64,000 nt of DNA from Macrostomum lignano (GCA_002269645.1 NIVC01000413.1:124001-188000), one strand, 5' to 3'; shown: positions 36,601 through 49,934, numbered from the stretch's first letter. Numbers and translations are program-made. Notes: a model not told the origin generated them from the sequence alone.

Positions 36601-39600
36601 TGATTCAGACACTCTTGCCTCAGCATCCCTGATTCAGACACTCTTGCCTCAGCATCCCTGATTCAGACACTCTTGCCTCAGCACCCCTGATTCAGACACT
36701 CTTGCCTCAGCATCCCTGATTCAGACACTCTTGCCTCAGCATCCCTGATTCAGACACTCTTGCCTCAGCATCCGTGATTCAGACACTCTTGCCTCAGCAC
36801 CCGTGATTCAGACACTCTTGCCTCAGCACCCCTGATTCAGACACTCTTGCCTCAGCACCCCTGATTCAGACACTCTTGCCTCAGCACCCGTGATTCAGAC
36901 ACTCTTGCCTCAGCACCCCTGATTCAGACACTCTTGCCTCAGCACCCCTGATTCAGACACTCTTGCCTCAGCACCCCTGATTCAGACACTCTTGCCTCAG
37001 CACCCCTGATTCAGCACTCTTGCCTCAGCATCCGCGATTCAGTATTGTTGGTGTTCTCATATCCCATGTTGGTATTCCCATATTCCCATTCCCATATCCC
37101 ATGTTGGTATTCCCATATTCCCATTCCCATATCCCATGTTGGTATTCCCATATTCCCATTCCCATATCCCATGTTGGTATTCCCATATTCCCATTCCCAT
37201 ATCCCATGTTGGTATTCCCATATTCCCATTCCCATATCCCATGTTGGTATTCCCATATTCCCATTCCCATATCCCATGTTGGTATTCCCATATTCCCATT
37301 CCCATATCCCATGTTGGTATTCCCATATTCCCATTCCCATATCCCATGTTGGTATTCCCATATTCCCATTCCCATATCCCATGTTGGTATTCCCATATTC
37401 CCATTCCCATATCCCATGTTGGTATTCCCATATTCCCATTCCCATATCCCATGTTGGTATTCCCATATTCCCATTCCCATATCCCATGTTGGTATTCCCA
37501 TATTCCCATTCCCATATCCCATGTTGGTATTCCCATATTCCCATTCCCATATCCCATGTTGGTATTCCCATATTCCCATTCCCATATCCCGTGTTGGTAT
37601 TCCCATAATCATCGCTCGGTCTGAGTAATTTTCAAGAAATTCACCCCTAATAAGAGGTATATTATAGGCACAAATTCACTACAAAATAACAGTGGGCCGC
37701 TAAATCCTTGTCAGGTGGAAGAGCTCAGCTTAATGCCAATCGGGCGTCACCTTGACCGCCTGCTGCTGCTCTGTCGCAGTCGTGACGAAGTGTCTGCCTA
37801 CGAGGCGTACCCGGCCCCGGCCTCCGATGTCGCCGTTCTGCCACCGGGCCGACTGGCAGTTCGTCTGCGCCGATTAGACGATCTGGGCGTGCTGCTGCGG
37901 ACCGGCAAGAAGCCAAGCAAACAGCGCCGAACTGGCAAGCAACAGCAGCAACAACAATTGCTGCTTCAACAGCAATCTGAATTGCAACAGCAGCTGCATG
38001 GCAAGCACGCTAGGCTATTAGTGCCATTCGAAGATATTGGCGGCTATCGCGGCCTGTTTGTCGGCGGCGTTCGGCCGCATTTTCTAGTCGTGTCCCCGTC
38101 TGGTCAGGCCTACTCTCATCCTATGTTCGTAGACGGCTCAGTGTGCGCCTTCTCTCCATTCGACCGGCACTTCTGCCGGCACGGATTTCTCTATCTGACT
38201 CCCGAACGCGATTTGAGAGTAGCCAGCCTGCCAGATGACTATGATTATGCTTCGCCTTGGCCTAGGAAACGGGTGCCATTGGGCCGCACAGTGCACTGCG
38301 TACAGTTCCATCGGGCTACTAGCACTTATCTGGTGGCTAGCAGTGCGCCCGAACTTAGCAATGCCATCTGCCGGCTGTCGTCTGATGGCGATAAGGTACG
38401 GTTTATTACTGCTGCTGTCTTTTTACTTGTGATGTATTGCACCTCTTTTAGAGTCTCGGCATCTCTTATTAGTATTTAGTATTTGTTTCCGTTGTCTACC
38501 TCCCTTCTCTTCCCTCTCTTCGCCACCCCTCTCTCCTCTACCCCTCTTTTCTCTACCTCTCTCTCTTCTCTACCCTCCCTTTTCTACCCCTCTTTTCTCT
38601 ACCCTCTCTCTCTTCTCTAGCCTCACTTTTCTACCCCTCTTTTCTCTACCCTCTCTCTCTTCTCTACCCTCCCTTTTCTACCCCTCTTTTCTCTACCCTC
38701 TCTCTCTTCTCTACCCTCCCTTTTCTACCCCCTCTTTTCTCTACCCTCTCTCTCTTCTCTACCCTCCCTTTTCTACCCCTCTTTTCTCTACCCTCTCTCT
38801 TCTCTACCCTCCCTTTTCTACCCCTCTTTTCTCTACCCCTCTTTTCTCTACCTCTCTCTCTTCTTTACCCTCCCTTTTCTACCCCTCTTTTCTCTACCCT
38901 CTCTCTCTTCTCTAGCCTCACTTTTCTACCCCTCTTTTCTCTACCCTCTCTCTCTTCTCTATCCTCACTTTTCTACCCCTCTTTTCTCTACCCTCTCTCT
39001 CTTCTCTACCCTCCCTTTTCTACCCCTCTTTTCTCTACCCTCTCTCTTCTCTATCCTCCCTTTTCTACCCCTCTTTTCTCTACCCCTCTTTTCTCTACCT
39101 CTCTCTCTTCTCTACCCTCCCTTTTCTACCCCTCTTTTCTCTACCCTCTCTCTCTTCTCTAGCCTCACTTTTCTACCCCTCTTTTCTCTACCCTCTCTCT
39201 CTTCTCTATCCTCACTTTTCTACCCCTCTTTTCTCTACCCTCTCTCTCTTCTCTACCCTCCCTTTTCTACCCTCTTTTCTCTACCCTCTCTCTTCTCTAT
39301 CCTCCCTTTTCTACCCCTCTTTTCTCTACCCCTTTTTTCTCTACCTCTCTCTCTTCTCTACCCTCCCTTTTCTACCCCCTTTTCTCTACCTCTCTCTCTT
39401 CTCCATCCTCTCTTTTCTACCCCTCTTTTCTCTACCCTCTCTCTTCTCTACCCCTCTTTTCTCTACCCCTCTTTTCTCTACCCTCTCCTCTCTACCCCTC
39501 TTTTCTCTACCCCCTCTCTTCTTTACCCTCTCTCTTCTCTACCCCTCTCTTCTCTACCCCTCTCTTCTCTACCCCTCTCTTCTCTACCCCTCTTTTCTCC

Positions 39601-42600
39601 ACCCTCTCTCTCTTCTCTACCATCCCTTTTCTACCCTCTCTCTTCTCTACCCCTCTTTTTCTCTACCCCTCTCCTCTACCCCTCACCCTTCTCAACCCCT
39701 TTTTCTTCTTTACCCCTCTCTCTTCTCTGCGTCCTCTTCTTTACCTTCTCTCCTCTACCCCTCCCTTCTCTACCCCCCTCTCCTTTACCCCTATCTTCTC
39801 TACCTCCCCGTGTCTACCTCCCCGTCTCTACCCCCTTATCTGCCTCCTCTTCTCTATCTACCTCTCTGTCTAAGTCAGTTTGGATTTTTAGCAAAGCTTA
39901 ACGCTATTCTATTGTACTTCAATTGTACTATTAATACTACTAACCTGAATGCAAGTCAGTAGTTGAACACGCGTATTTCAATTCCCTCTCGCCGCAGGAA
40001 ATCGACACCCGCGAAGTGCCGCCAACCCACTGTCTGCCATTCCGCGATCGCTACTATTTCGAAGCGTACACGCCCGACTGGCAGGCGATACCCGCTGTGA
40101 GGCTGGATATGCAGGTCTGGGAACGGGTGGCCTGCTGCAGAATTGTCCGACTGCAATCGGAGGAGACTGCCGAAGGATTCAAAGAGTTAGTTGCCGTGGC
40201 TACTAATTTGAGCTACAATGAGGAGATCACCTGCAAGGTGAGAGAGCGAATTACCGAGAGTGGTACATGCCTAAACGCTAAGATAGCCAATAACAATAAC
40301 GCGATGGTCACGTGACAGCTGTAGTAAACTCGCTTCACCGGTCGCAAAACCCTTCCAGGGCACCATCACTCTAATGGACGTGATCAACGTTGTGCCGGAG
40401 CCAGGCCAGCCTCTCACAGCCTACAAGATGAAGCTGGCATTTCGGGAAGAACAGAAAGGCCCAGTGACTGCTCTGGCATCCTGTCACGGCCTGCTAGTCT
40501 CAGCCATTGGTCAGAAAGTCTACCTGTGGCAGCTTAAAGACGATAGATTAGTTGGCATAGCATTCGTTGACTCCGAGATATTTATTCACTCTATTAATTG
40601 CGTTAAAAATCTCATTGTGACCTCGGATTTGGCCAAGTCTGTGCAGCTGCTGCGCTACCAGCCCAGTGTTCGAGTGCTGTCCATTGTTGCTAGGGACTCG
40701 GCTAGGTAAGAATAGCCTTTTTTCCCGAGAGGGGACAGTGCGCAGTTATGAGTCAGTCTTATTGGGAATATTTCTAGTCTTGACTATTTATGGGAATTTA
40801 TATAGGGCACGGGTCGGCAAACTCCTGTCCGAAAAGCCTCTCTACCGGCCCTCGGGTCCTTTGAAACTTCACAATGGCAATCCGGCCATCTCAGGGTTTG
40901 TGTCTCTTCTCAGCTGTCTTAACTCCTCTATCTATCTCCTATCCCCCTCTTCTCTCTCCTGTCTCCCCTCCTCTCCTCTCTCCCCCCTCCTCTCTACTCT
41001 CTCCCCTCTTCTCTCTCCTGTCTCCCCTCCTCTCCTCTCTCCCCCCTCCTCTCTACTCTCTTCCCTCCTCTCTACTCTCCCTCCTCTCCTCTCTCCCCTC
41101 TTCTCTCTCCTCTCTCCCCTCCTCTCTACTCTCTCCCCTCCTCTCTACTCTCTCCCCTCCTCTCTACTCTCTCCCCTCCTCTCTACTCTCTCCTCTCCTC
41201 TCTCCCCTCTTCTCTCTCCTCTCTCCCCTCCTCTCTACTCTCTCCCCTCCTCTCTACTCTCTCCTCTCCTCTCTCCCCTCTTCTCTCTCCTGTCTCCCCT
41301 CCTCTCTACTCTCTCCCCTCCTCTCTACTATCTCCCCTCCTCTCTACTCTCCCTCCTCTCCTCTCTCCCCTCTTCTCTCTCCTCTCTCCCCTCCTCTCTA
41401 CTCTCCCCTCTTCTCCTCTCTCCCCTCCTCTCTACTCTCTCCCCTCCTCTCTACTCTCTCCCCTCCTCTCTACTCTCCCTCCTCTACTCTCTCCCCTCCT
41501 CTCTACTCTCTCCCCTCCTCTCTACTCTCCCTCCTCTCCTCTCTCCCCTCCTCTCTACTCTCTCCCCTCCTCTCTACTCTCCCCTCCTCTCCTCTCTCTC
41601 CTCCTCTCTACTCTCCCCTCCTCTCCTCTCTCCCCTTTTCTATCTACTCTCTCCCCTCTTCTCTCTCCTCTCTCCCCTCTCCCCTCTTGTCTCTCCCCTC
41701 TTCTGCGACCATTAGCTAGATTCTTTATCTGGCCCTTGAAGTAAGAAAGTGAGCCGACTCCTGTTATGGATCCAGGCAGTAAAATTTGCTTCAACTCGAT
41801 TTGAGCGGCAATCTAGTTAAAACCCATTTATAAATACTCTCAGGCGCCAAGTGTTCACTAGCAACTTCCTCGTAGACGGGCAAAATCTCGGCTTCCTGCT
41901 GTGCGACTCTCGCCGCAATCTGCTCGCCTTCGCCTACGATCCCAGCGAGAAGCTCAGCAGGGGTGGCCGCAATCTGGTGCGCAAACGGGAGGCCCGACTG
42001 CCGTCTAGCGTGCACTGCTCACTGCGGGTGCACAACTGCCTGCGCGGGGGCGCCGGACTGGCTAAGACTAGGGATATTCAACAGGTGAGAGAGGGTGTGT
42101 TCGAGACTTGTTGCTATGGTAACTTGTGTCTATACATGTTTTAGTGTATTGACTTTTGTGCGTTGCTACGAAGTCAAATACAGTGTGTTTCCATGACAAC
42201 CAGTCCCGTGTGTCTACATGACAACCAATCCCGTGTGTCTCTATAATAACCAGTTTCGTGTGTCTCCATGACAACCAGTCCCGTGTGTCTCCAATGACAA
42301 CCAGTCCCGTGTGTTGCCATGACAACCAGCCCCCGTGTGTTCCCGTAACAACCAGCCCCGTGTGTTCCCATGACAACCAGTCCCGTGTGTCTCCATGACA
42401 ACCAATCCCGTGTGTCTCCATGAAAACCAATCCCGTGTGTCTCCATGACAACCAGTCCCCGTGTGCTCCCATGACGAGTCTCGTTTATTTTCATGGGTTT
42501 CCATGACAACCAGTCTCGTGTGTTGCCATGACAACCAGTCCCGTGTGTCTCCATGACAACCAATCCCGTGTGTTTTCGTGACAATCAGTCTCGTGTGTTG

Positions 42601-43461
42601 CCATGACAACCAGCCCCGTGTGTTCCCGTGACAACCAGTCCCGTGTGTTTTCGTGACAATCAGTCTCGTGTGTTGCCATGACAACCAGCCCCGTGTGTTC
42701 CCGTGACAACCAGTCCCGTGTGTCTCCATGAAAACCAATCCCGTGTGTCTCCATGACAACCAGTCCCCGTGTGCTCCCATGACGAGTCTCGTTTATTTCC
42801 ATGGGTTTCCATGACAACCAGTCTCGTGTGTTTCCATGACAACCAGTCTCGTGCAACCATGACAGCCGTCTCATCTGATTTTTTAATAACTAATGCCCCT
42901 TTTCTGATAAAATTGAAGTCCCGTGTGCTTCAATGTCAACCAGCCCTGTCTGTTGCCATGACAACTAATCAAGTGGTTTTCCAATAACAAGATTTATGTT
43001 AATAGACGTTGATGTTCTTTGCGATGTTTTTGCTGTTGCTGCCATGCCAACTAAGCTAAAACATTATCTTACTAACGCTATATTGAATTAGATGCTAATC
43101 CATACGCATGTCCGCACGCTTTCAGGGCCACTCGGTTGTCATGGGAACCGCCGAGGGCGGCCTGTACTTGTTAACCCCGGTTCGCCGACCAGTCTACACC
43201 CGGCTAATCATGCTGGAGAAGCACCTGAGCCACGCCGTGCTGCACCCAGCCGGCCTGCACCCCAGAGCTTCGAGAATCTATTCGCCAGCCAATCACGACT
43301 TGGAGCCGGCCAAATCCGGCATTATCGACGGCGACTTGATGTACCGCTACGTGTCGCTTGGCCATTCCGAACGCGTTGAAGTGGCCAAGAAAGCCGGCTT
43401 GAGTGCCGACGCTATCCTGGATGATCTGGCCGAGATTCAAGTGTCCACTTTGCATTTCTGA
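30665..43461 (+). CDS. CPSF1: Cleavage and polyadenylation specificity factor subunit 1 (CPSF160), about 1870 aa including an N-terminal low-complexity extension
   Basis: Exons 30665-32206, 33372-34955, 35366-36013, 37715-38395, 39998-40237, 40359-40705, 41844-42084 and 43126-43461, all GT-AG and phase-consistent. Motifs: HPPTAV, FEEAKLSVVEFD, HEPIGTWSGR, IWS..GLPFDC, DVINVVPEPGQPLT, IIDGDL. The start codon choice is inferred. Confidence 0.93.
32275..33092 (+). mobile_element. hAT-like MITE end followed by a GA-rich 24-bp minisatellite in CPSF1 intron 1
   Basis: CTAGGGTCTTCAAACTTTTTTACTTCGAGGGCCAGGTAGAGAACCTAGC is homologous to the reverse complement of 41700-41763. It is followed by (GAGAAGGTAGGAGAGAAGAGAGAC)n. 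The second end was not found. Confidence 0.55.
33107..33181 (+). other. tRNA-like / SINE-head fragment
   Basis: A-box-like AGCTCAGCG and B-box GGTTCGAATCC (33160-33170). No convincing full cloverleaf. Confidence 0.3.
34975..35298. repeat. 28-bp minisatellite in CPSF1 intron 2
   Basis: (CCTCCCAGATCCTCAGTTGCTGGGCCAG)n. Confidence 0.95.
36080..37035. repeat. 29-bp minisatellite in CPSF1 intron 3
   Basis: (GATTCAGACACTCTTGCCTCAGCAYCCST)n. Confidence 0.97.
37058..37608. repeat. 35-bp near-perfect minisatellite in CPSF1 intron 3
   Basis: (ATCCCATGTTGGTATTCCCATATTCCCATTCCCAT)n. Confidence 0.97.
38500..39850. repeat. CT-rich degenerate minisatellite in CPSF1 intron 4
   Basis: CTCTACCCTC / TTTTCTACCC-type units. 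Confidence 0.93.
40808..41763. mobile_element. hAT-like MITE in CPSF1 intron 6 enclosing a CT-rich minisatellite (about 40925-41700)
   Basis: Ends CACGGGTCGGCAAAC... and ...GCCGACTCCTG form an imperfect inverted pair of CAGGGGTCGGCAAAC type with subterminal GGCC motifs. There is no clean 8-bp TSD. Confidence 0.6.
42190..42865. repeat. 25-bp minisatellite in CPSF1 intron 7
   Basis: (CCATGACAACCAGTCCCGTGTGTCT)n. Confidence 0.94.
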
Positions 43462-43604
43462 CCTGTCAGTTGTCACCGGCGAGTTCTTCATTTGTTACTA
43501 TTATAGTTGCCACCGTTGCTCACGGCAATGCCCGTGTGTCTTCATTCATTTTTGTTTGTGCGCTTAGTAGCTTTGAGACATGCGCGTTTTTAGATGCTCG
43601 TCTG

Positions 43605-44445
43605 TCTGTGTCTGGCTTAGTGTCTGTCTGTGTCTGCCTTAGTGTCTGTCTGTGTCTGGCTTAATGTCTGTCTGTGTCTGGCTTAGTGTCTGTCTGTGTC
43701 TGCCTTAGTGTCTGTCTGTGTCTGGCTTAATGTCTGTCTGTGTCTGTCTGTGTCTGGCTTAGTGTCTGTCTGTGTCTGGCTTAGTGTCTGTCTGTGTCTG
43801 GCTTAGTGTCTGTCTGTGTCTGGCTTAGTGTCTGTCTGTGTCTGGCTTAGTGTCTGTCTGTGTCTGGCTTTGTGTCTGTCTGTGTCTGTCTGTGTCTGCC
43901 TTAGTGTCTGTCTGTGTCTGGCTTTGTGTCTGTCTGTGTCTGTCTGTGTCTGGCTTTGTGTCTGTCTGAGTCTGCCTTAGTGTCTGTCTGTGTCTGGCTT
44001 TGTGTCTGTCTGTGTCTGTCTGTGTCTGGCTTAGTGTCTGTCTGAGTCTGCCTTAGTGTCTGTCTGTGTCTGGCTTAGTGTCTGTCTGAGTCTGCCTTAG
44101 TGTCTGTCTGAGTCTGCCTTAGTGTCTGCCTGTGTCTGCCTTAGTGTCTGTCTGTGTCTGTCTGTGTCTGGCTTAGTGTCTGTCTGAGTCTGCCTTAGTG
44201 TCTGTCTGTGTCTGGCTTTGTGTCTGTCTGTGTCTGTCTGTGTCTGGCTTAGTGTCTGTCTGAGTCTGCCTTAGTGTCTGTCTGTGTCTGTCTGTGTCTG
44301 GCTTAGTGTCTGTCTGAGTCTGCCTTAGTGTCTGTCTGTGTCTGGCTTAGTGTCTGTCTGAGTCTGCCTTAGTGTCTGTCTGAGTCTGCCTTAGTGTCTG
44401 CCTGTGTCTGCCTGTGTCTGCCTTGGTGTCTGCCTGTGTCTGCCT
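43605..44445. repeat. 22-bp TGTC-rich minisatellite downstream of CPSF1
   Basis: (TGTCTGTCTGTGTCTGGCTTAG)n. Confidence 0.95.
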
Positions 44446-45439
44446 AGGTTTATGTCTGTGTCTCATTGTCCGTAAATATCTGTCCTAGTGTCTGTGTCTG
44501 TCTCTGCATTCAATAACCATCTGTAGTTATCTGTAGTTTATAACTGCACAATTGCTTAATCCAAAAGTACCATCTCCATCAACCGCTGTAAAATAGTGCC
44601 CCACGCCAGCCCGTCTTCATCTAGCTATTGAATGGTTCAATTCGTTTGTCATCTCGATGACTGAAAATGATTTTTTAATTTGATAAAAATGTGTCAATAT
44701 CATTTTGAATAGTTGATTTGAATGCAAGAAGTGCCATCCTTATTTAGCGATGGCACTTTGCAGTCGCTTTCTGTTATTGATAAGTTCGCTAACTGCATCA
44801 GTTCCCGTGTTAGCATGTAAAATGTATGTAATATGTATGTATAATTTTAATTAATTGTTCGATTGACAATTGCAGCAATCGAAATTGATAGCAATTTATT
44901 TAACTAATAGCAAATTAATTTGAAAATGAAAACTTCTCTGAAATATGGTCGACAATGCTTTTAATATAATTTGCATTTTTTTCATTTTACTATCATACTA
45001 CTGCATATCATACTATAGTTGAAGGTAGTATATTAAGGTTTATTTATAACATTCTTATAAATCGAAATTAGCATCAGTGACTGCGAGTCTTTTGCGTTTA
45101 AATAGCATAATATAAAATGCAGTCATTGTTTGGAACCTTCATTCGCATACGTACATGTACAAGTACAAAGTGCTAGAAGTACTTTTATCTAGGAAAGCTG
45201 TACATCTAGTGTATAAATAGTATACAAATAGATTATTATTGTTCGCATTACTTTTATAGATTAATATTAAACTACGGTGGAGACATCTTCTAGGGGAATA
45301 AATAAACTTGCTGCGCAATACACAATGAATTCCTACTGAGAAGCACTACTGTTAAAAACATTCATAAAGAGATGCTGAGATCATGAAGGAACCCGGCCTG
45401 TTGAGCTATTCTTATTGAACTACTCAGAGATCCTTACTT

Positions 45440-45795
45440 AGCTACTCAGATATCCCCAATTCAGCTACTCAGAGATCCCCGATTCAGCTACTCAGAGATC
45501 CCCAATTCTGCTACTCAGAGATCCCCAATTCAGCTACTCAGATATCCTCAATTCAGCTACTCAGATATCCTCAATTCAGCTACTCAGAGATCCCCAATTC
45601 AGCTACTCAGAGATCCCCAATTCTGCTACTCAGAGATCCCCAATTCAGCTACTCAGAGATCCCCAATTCAGCTACTCAGAGATCCCCAATTCAGCTACTC
45701 AGAGATCCCCAATTCAGCTACTCAGAGATCCCCAATTCAGCTACTCAGAGATCCCCAATTCAGCTACTCAGAGATCCCCAATTCTGCTACTCAAT
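45440..45795. repeat. 23-bp minisatellite
   Basis: (CAGCTACTCAGAGATCCCCAATT)n. Confidence 0.95.
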
Positions 45796-45842
45796 TAGGT
45801 CCTAGCCGGTCTCAAAAATCCTTACCGTATTCAGGGATCCCG

Positions 45843-47154
45843 TTAGCGGTTACCAGAATCGAGCTGTTGCGAACTTTCAGCAGGATGATTTCCCCGTATT
45901 CGCTCCAAATATCGCTCAGATCGCTTCTTCAGTTCTTCCGGCGCAGCTATTCTATCCAGCCATTGCTCGGGAAATTTCTCTTCTAGTAGCAGCCGAGAAT
46001 CGGCAGCCGCCTGCAGATGATCAGTGAAAGCGTCTGTAACACTTTGAGCAATCAGTTTATAGAAGAGTTCGAACCTAGGACTTTCCAGCCAGCGAGTTTG
46101 CACATAGTCTATGGCCTGACTCGATGGCATTGTGGAGACCGATAGCAGCGCTCGAAGACGCTCGATTTCGGCCGATTGGTCAGTGATTTCTTGCTCAACG
46201 GCTTGGATTCGATCGGCGCACAGCTTGAGTAGAGCAGACTCGGACACGTGCCTGCTCAGTCCAGAATATCGATTCACTGCTGGAGATTTGGCCTGGTTGT
46301 CAAGCGTATCGATGCCGCAGACTCTGCTTAGCAACTTGACGCCGTCGCGAATCTTTGACAGTCGGCGCAGTTCGGCCTCTTTATGTGCCGGTCGCTGGTG
46401 TCTCTTGATTGGCTGCAGCAACTGACACGCCTGCAGATGGGCGTAGGGTGAGCCCGGATCGGAGGATACGCCCGATGAGGCTGCGGCTGACCTGGTGTGT
46501 GTGTTTGGTTATCTTGGTAAATAAGTACATGTTGTGCTTGTAAAATTGCCGTTGTCAGGGACGTTTGCCATTGCGGTAGGTAATCAAGTATACATTTGTA
46601 AATGCTCTTTAGGAGCGGGAATAAGGCCAGGTAAGACGGAGAGAGTGGGCTGAAGGAGAGAGGGTGAGAAGGAGAGAGGGGAGAAGGAGAGAGGGGGAGA
46701 AGGCGAGAGGGGAGAAGAAGCCAGGGGGAGGAAAGAGAGGGGAGAAGGCGAGAGGGGAGAAGAAGCGAGGGGGAGGAAAGAGAGGGGAGAAGGCGAGAGG
46801 GGAGAATGAGAGAGGGGAGAAGGTGAGAGGGGAGAGGAGGGAGAAAGTGGAGAGTGCAGGAGTAGGGAGAAGTCAAATACGAGTGTATGTCGTACATTCA
46901 CGTGTTAATGCAATGCGAAGTATACACTGATGAGATAAGAGCATTAGATTAGTATGTACATTAGAAATGAAAAGCCAACCATCCCTCATCCCGGCATACC
47001 TGGTGGCACCCGAGCCAGCTGCTTGAGGTTGCAGCAGCCCTATCAGTCGATTCTGCTGCTGAAGCAATTCACTTTTCTGTTGCTTTTGCTGCTGCTGCTG
47101 CTCTGCTTGCAGCAATCTCTTGAAGTAGGCATCCGTGAAGTATGGATCAGTCAT
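45843..47154 (-). CDS. MLX/Mondo-family-like bHLH-Zip protein, about 267 aa
   Basis: Exons 47154-47000 and 46491-45843, with an AG|GTATGC donor in phase 2. Basic region HKEAELRRLSKIRDG, helix 2 SESALLKLCADRIQAVEQE plus a zipper, and a DCD-like segment DYVQTRWLESPRFELF. The intron carries a GA-rich array (about 46640-46850). Confidence 0.7.
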
Positions 47155-48477
47155 TTGTTTCTTCTAATCGATATGATGATTCTAATTCGATATAACTCGT
47201 GACGCACTTTCAGTACGAGTATCACAATTGTCTCTTATAAGAAGTCTCAGTTTGAGCTTTTCTACTTTTTTTTCTATCTGCCTCTGCTATTACCAGCGCA
47301 AAAGTATTTTTATACAGCGTACACTGTGTATTCACGCGTGAACGCAGCCTAAATTATTATTTGACTATAAGCATGAGTACGCCGCCTGAACCAATGGCTA
47401 GGTGGCTGCATTGTACCTTTCATACACAGAGATCTGATATAATAACCTTTAGTAGGGTTAGGGCTGTTTATTTTTATGCTATAAAATTTCTTTTCGAAGA
47501 CAGAAGCATCACAACAATAGCATAGCAGTCTAGTTTTGAACCGGTCCAGCCGCTCAACACTGATGCGCCATCCAGTTGCAAGTACTCTCTGCTCTGCCAC
47601 TGCGTATTGCTGACTGGCTGTGCGCACGTGCTGCTGTAGCGCTGCTGCTTCTACTGAAGCCTGAGTTGCCACTCTCTAGGGTGAGGGTGAGTGTGGCCTC
47701 TGCTCTGCCCTACTATAAAGCTGAAATTTATTGTAGATGCCCAAAAGGAGGGATAGAGGTTAAGGCAGAAGAGAGAGGGTGATAGAAGTACGAGCAGGAG
47801 AGGGAGATAGTGAGAGGACAGGAAAATGCTTAAACTGTCATTTTGCCTCCGTTTTTTAGAAGCTATAGCCAAAAATCATTTTTTAAATTGGATTTAGAGC
47901 ATGTGAATGTTGATAGTTCAACTTTGAGTCGGGTGCCTTCTTTCTTAGCTTTACTTATGCACGTGTTTAAATCGTTACTCTCTACTGAAAGTAGCATCTC
48001 TAAGATAGCTAAACTCGTATGTTTGTTGAAATCACACTACTTAAAATGGTTTGCCTCTATCTATCTAGTTATCTATGTGGTTTCCAAGTACCATTGAAGC
48101 TAAAAGACCTGAACAAGATCGAAAGCAGCAATAAACCAGCTGCCTTCATTCTCTCAGACACTTAGAAATAAATTTACTTTTTCAAATAGTCATTGAATGA
48201 TTTATTTGAGATGAGTAGTTCGTTGAGCAAACAAAAAATTCCCTCTGAAGAAGAAAGAAGAAAGAAGAACTACCTTTGCCATTTCTCTTAAAACTCCTCC
48301 CGTTTGGTCTTAGACTTCTTGCTATGACTTTCTTACCTTCGAAGCTTTAGCTGCGAGTCTCTCAGAACCATTTGATTTTAAAAGAGGGATATTATTTAGA
48401 CTGGAGAGCGCAAAGCTAAAGATTGCCGATTTCACAGCAAGTCAAGGATCCGCGCGGGCATGCAGTTTCGAGTTTAG

Positions 48478-49095
48478 CAGTTGAGATAGCAGTTGAGATA
48501 GCAGTTGAGATAGCAGTTGAGATAGCAGTTGAGATAGCAGTTGACATAGCAGTTGAGATAGCAGTTGAGATAGCAGTTGAGATAGCAGTTGGAATAGCAG
48601 TTGAGATAGCAGTTGAGATAGCAGTTGGAATAGCAGTTGCGATAGCAGTTGGAATAGCAGTTGAGATAGCAGTTGAGATAGCAGTTGAGATAGCAGTTGG
48701 AATAGCAGTTGAGATAGCAGTTGAGATAGCAGTTGGAATATCAGTTGAGATAGCAGTTGAGATATCAGTTGGGATAGCAGTTGAGATAGCAGTTGGAATA
48801 GCAGTTGCGATAGCAGTTGCGATAGCAGTTGGAATAGCAGTTGAGATAGCAGTTGAGATAGCAGTTGAGATAGCAGTTGAGATAGCAGTTGGAGTAGCAG
48901 TTGCGATAGCAGTTGGAATAGCAGTTGAGATAGCAGTTGAGATAGCAGTTGAGATAGCAGTTGAGATAGCAGTTGAGATAGCAGTTGAGATAGCAGTTGA
49001 GATAGCAGTTGAGATAGCAGTTGAGATAGCAGTTGAGATAGCAGTTGAGATAGCAGTTGAGATAGCCGTTAAGATAGCAGTTAAGATAGCAGTTA
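48478..49095. repeat. 12-bp minisatellite
   Basis: (GCAGTTGAGATA)n. Confidence 0.97.
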
Positions 49096-49934
49096 GGTAG
49101 ATGCGGCCTTTCGCTAGCTCAGGCCTGCGATATTTGGGAAGCCCGACATTTGACTGCCAACATTTCACAGCCATTAATTTCACTTATCAAAATTTTACTG
49201 CTAGACCAGATACTTCAGTCCAGCGCTCCTTGCACTCCTCGTGCAGACTCGTGAGATCTGGACTGGAGGATCCACATTGGCCAGATAGGCATGAAGAGCC
49301 GGAGAGGACACACGCACAGACAGATAAGAGAGTGGAAATGGAGTCAGTCAGTTTGTGTCGATGTTTCAGCACAGAACAGCGCAAGCGTACAGGCGCACAT
49401 GAGAGATTTATAAGTGGGGGCCAGTCACTCCTCTTTCCTCTCTCCCTCTCCTTATCTCTGCCGCTTGTGTGTTACATTCCGGTTGGGGCTGTACATTTGT
49501 ACACCCCAATAAAACCACAGCCTTCGCTTCCTCAATCAATTCCTGAAAGTGATTTTATAGCTTAATTCTTGAAATAGAATTTTTCGTCTATTAAAGTCGT
49601 TTCTCGTTTGAGAAATTATCGATCTTTCTTGGAATGTTTGAGTGAATTCGCTACTTATGTTATATTATTGTACAAAAAGCTTGAATTAAGGTAAGCCTTC
49701 TTTCTGCTTTTCTGTCACGAAATTCAAAAAGAAAGCCGAAGCAGATAAGTTTAGCTCCCTTCATTATAATACTGCTTGATTTGGTGACCTGGTGTGCTCA
49801 ACGAGTATATATTTTTATGCAAACAAACAGACAAATGAAGTGTTTTGCGGCTACAAGATAGGAAAGAGAGAGATGAGACAGACTAAAGAGAGAGATAAGA
49901 CAGCCCAGATCAGAGGGAGATCGGTCAGAACAGA

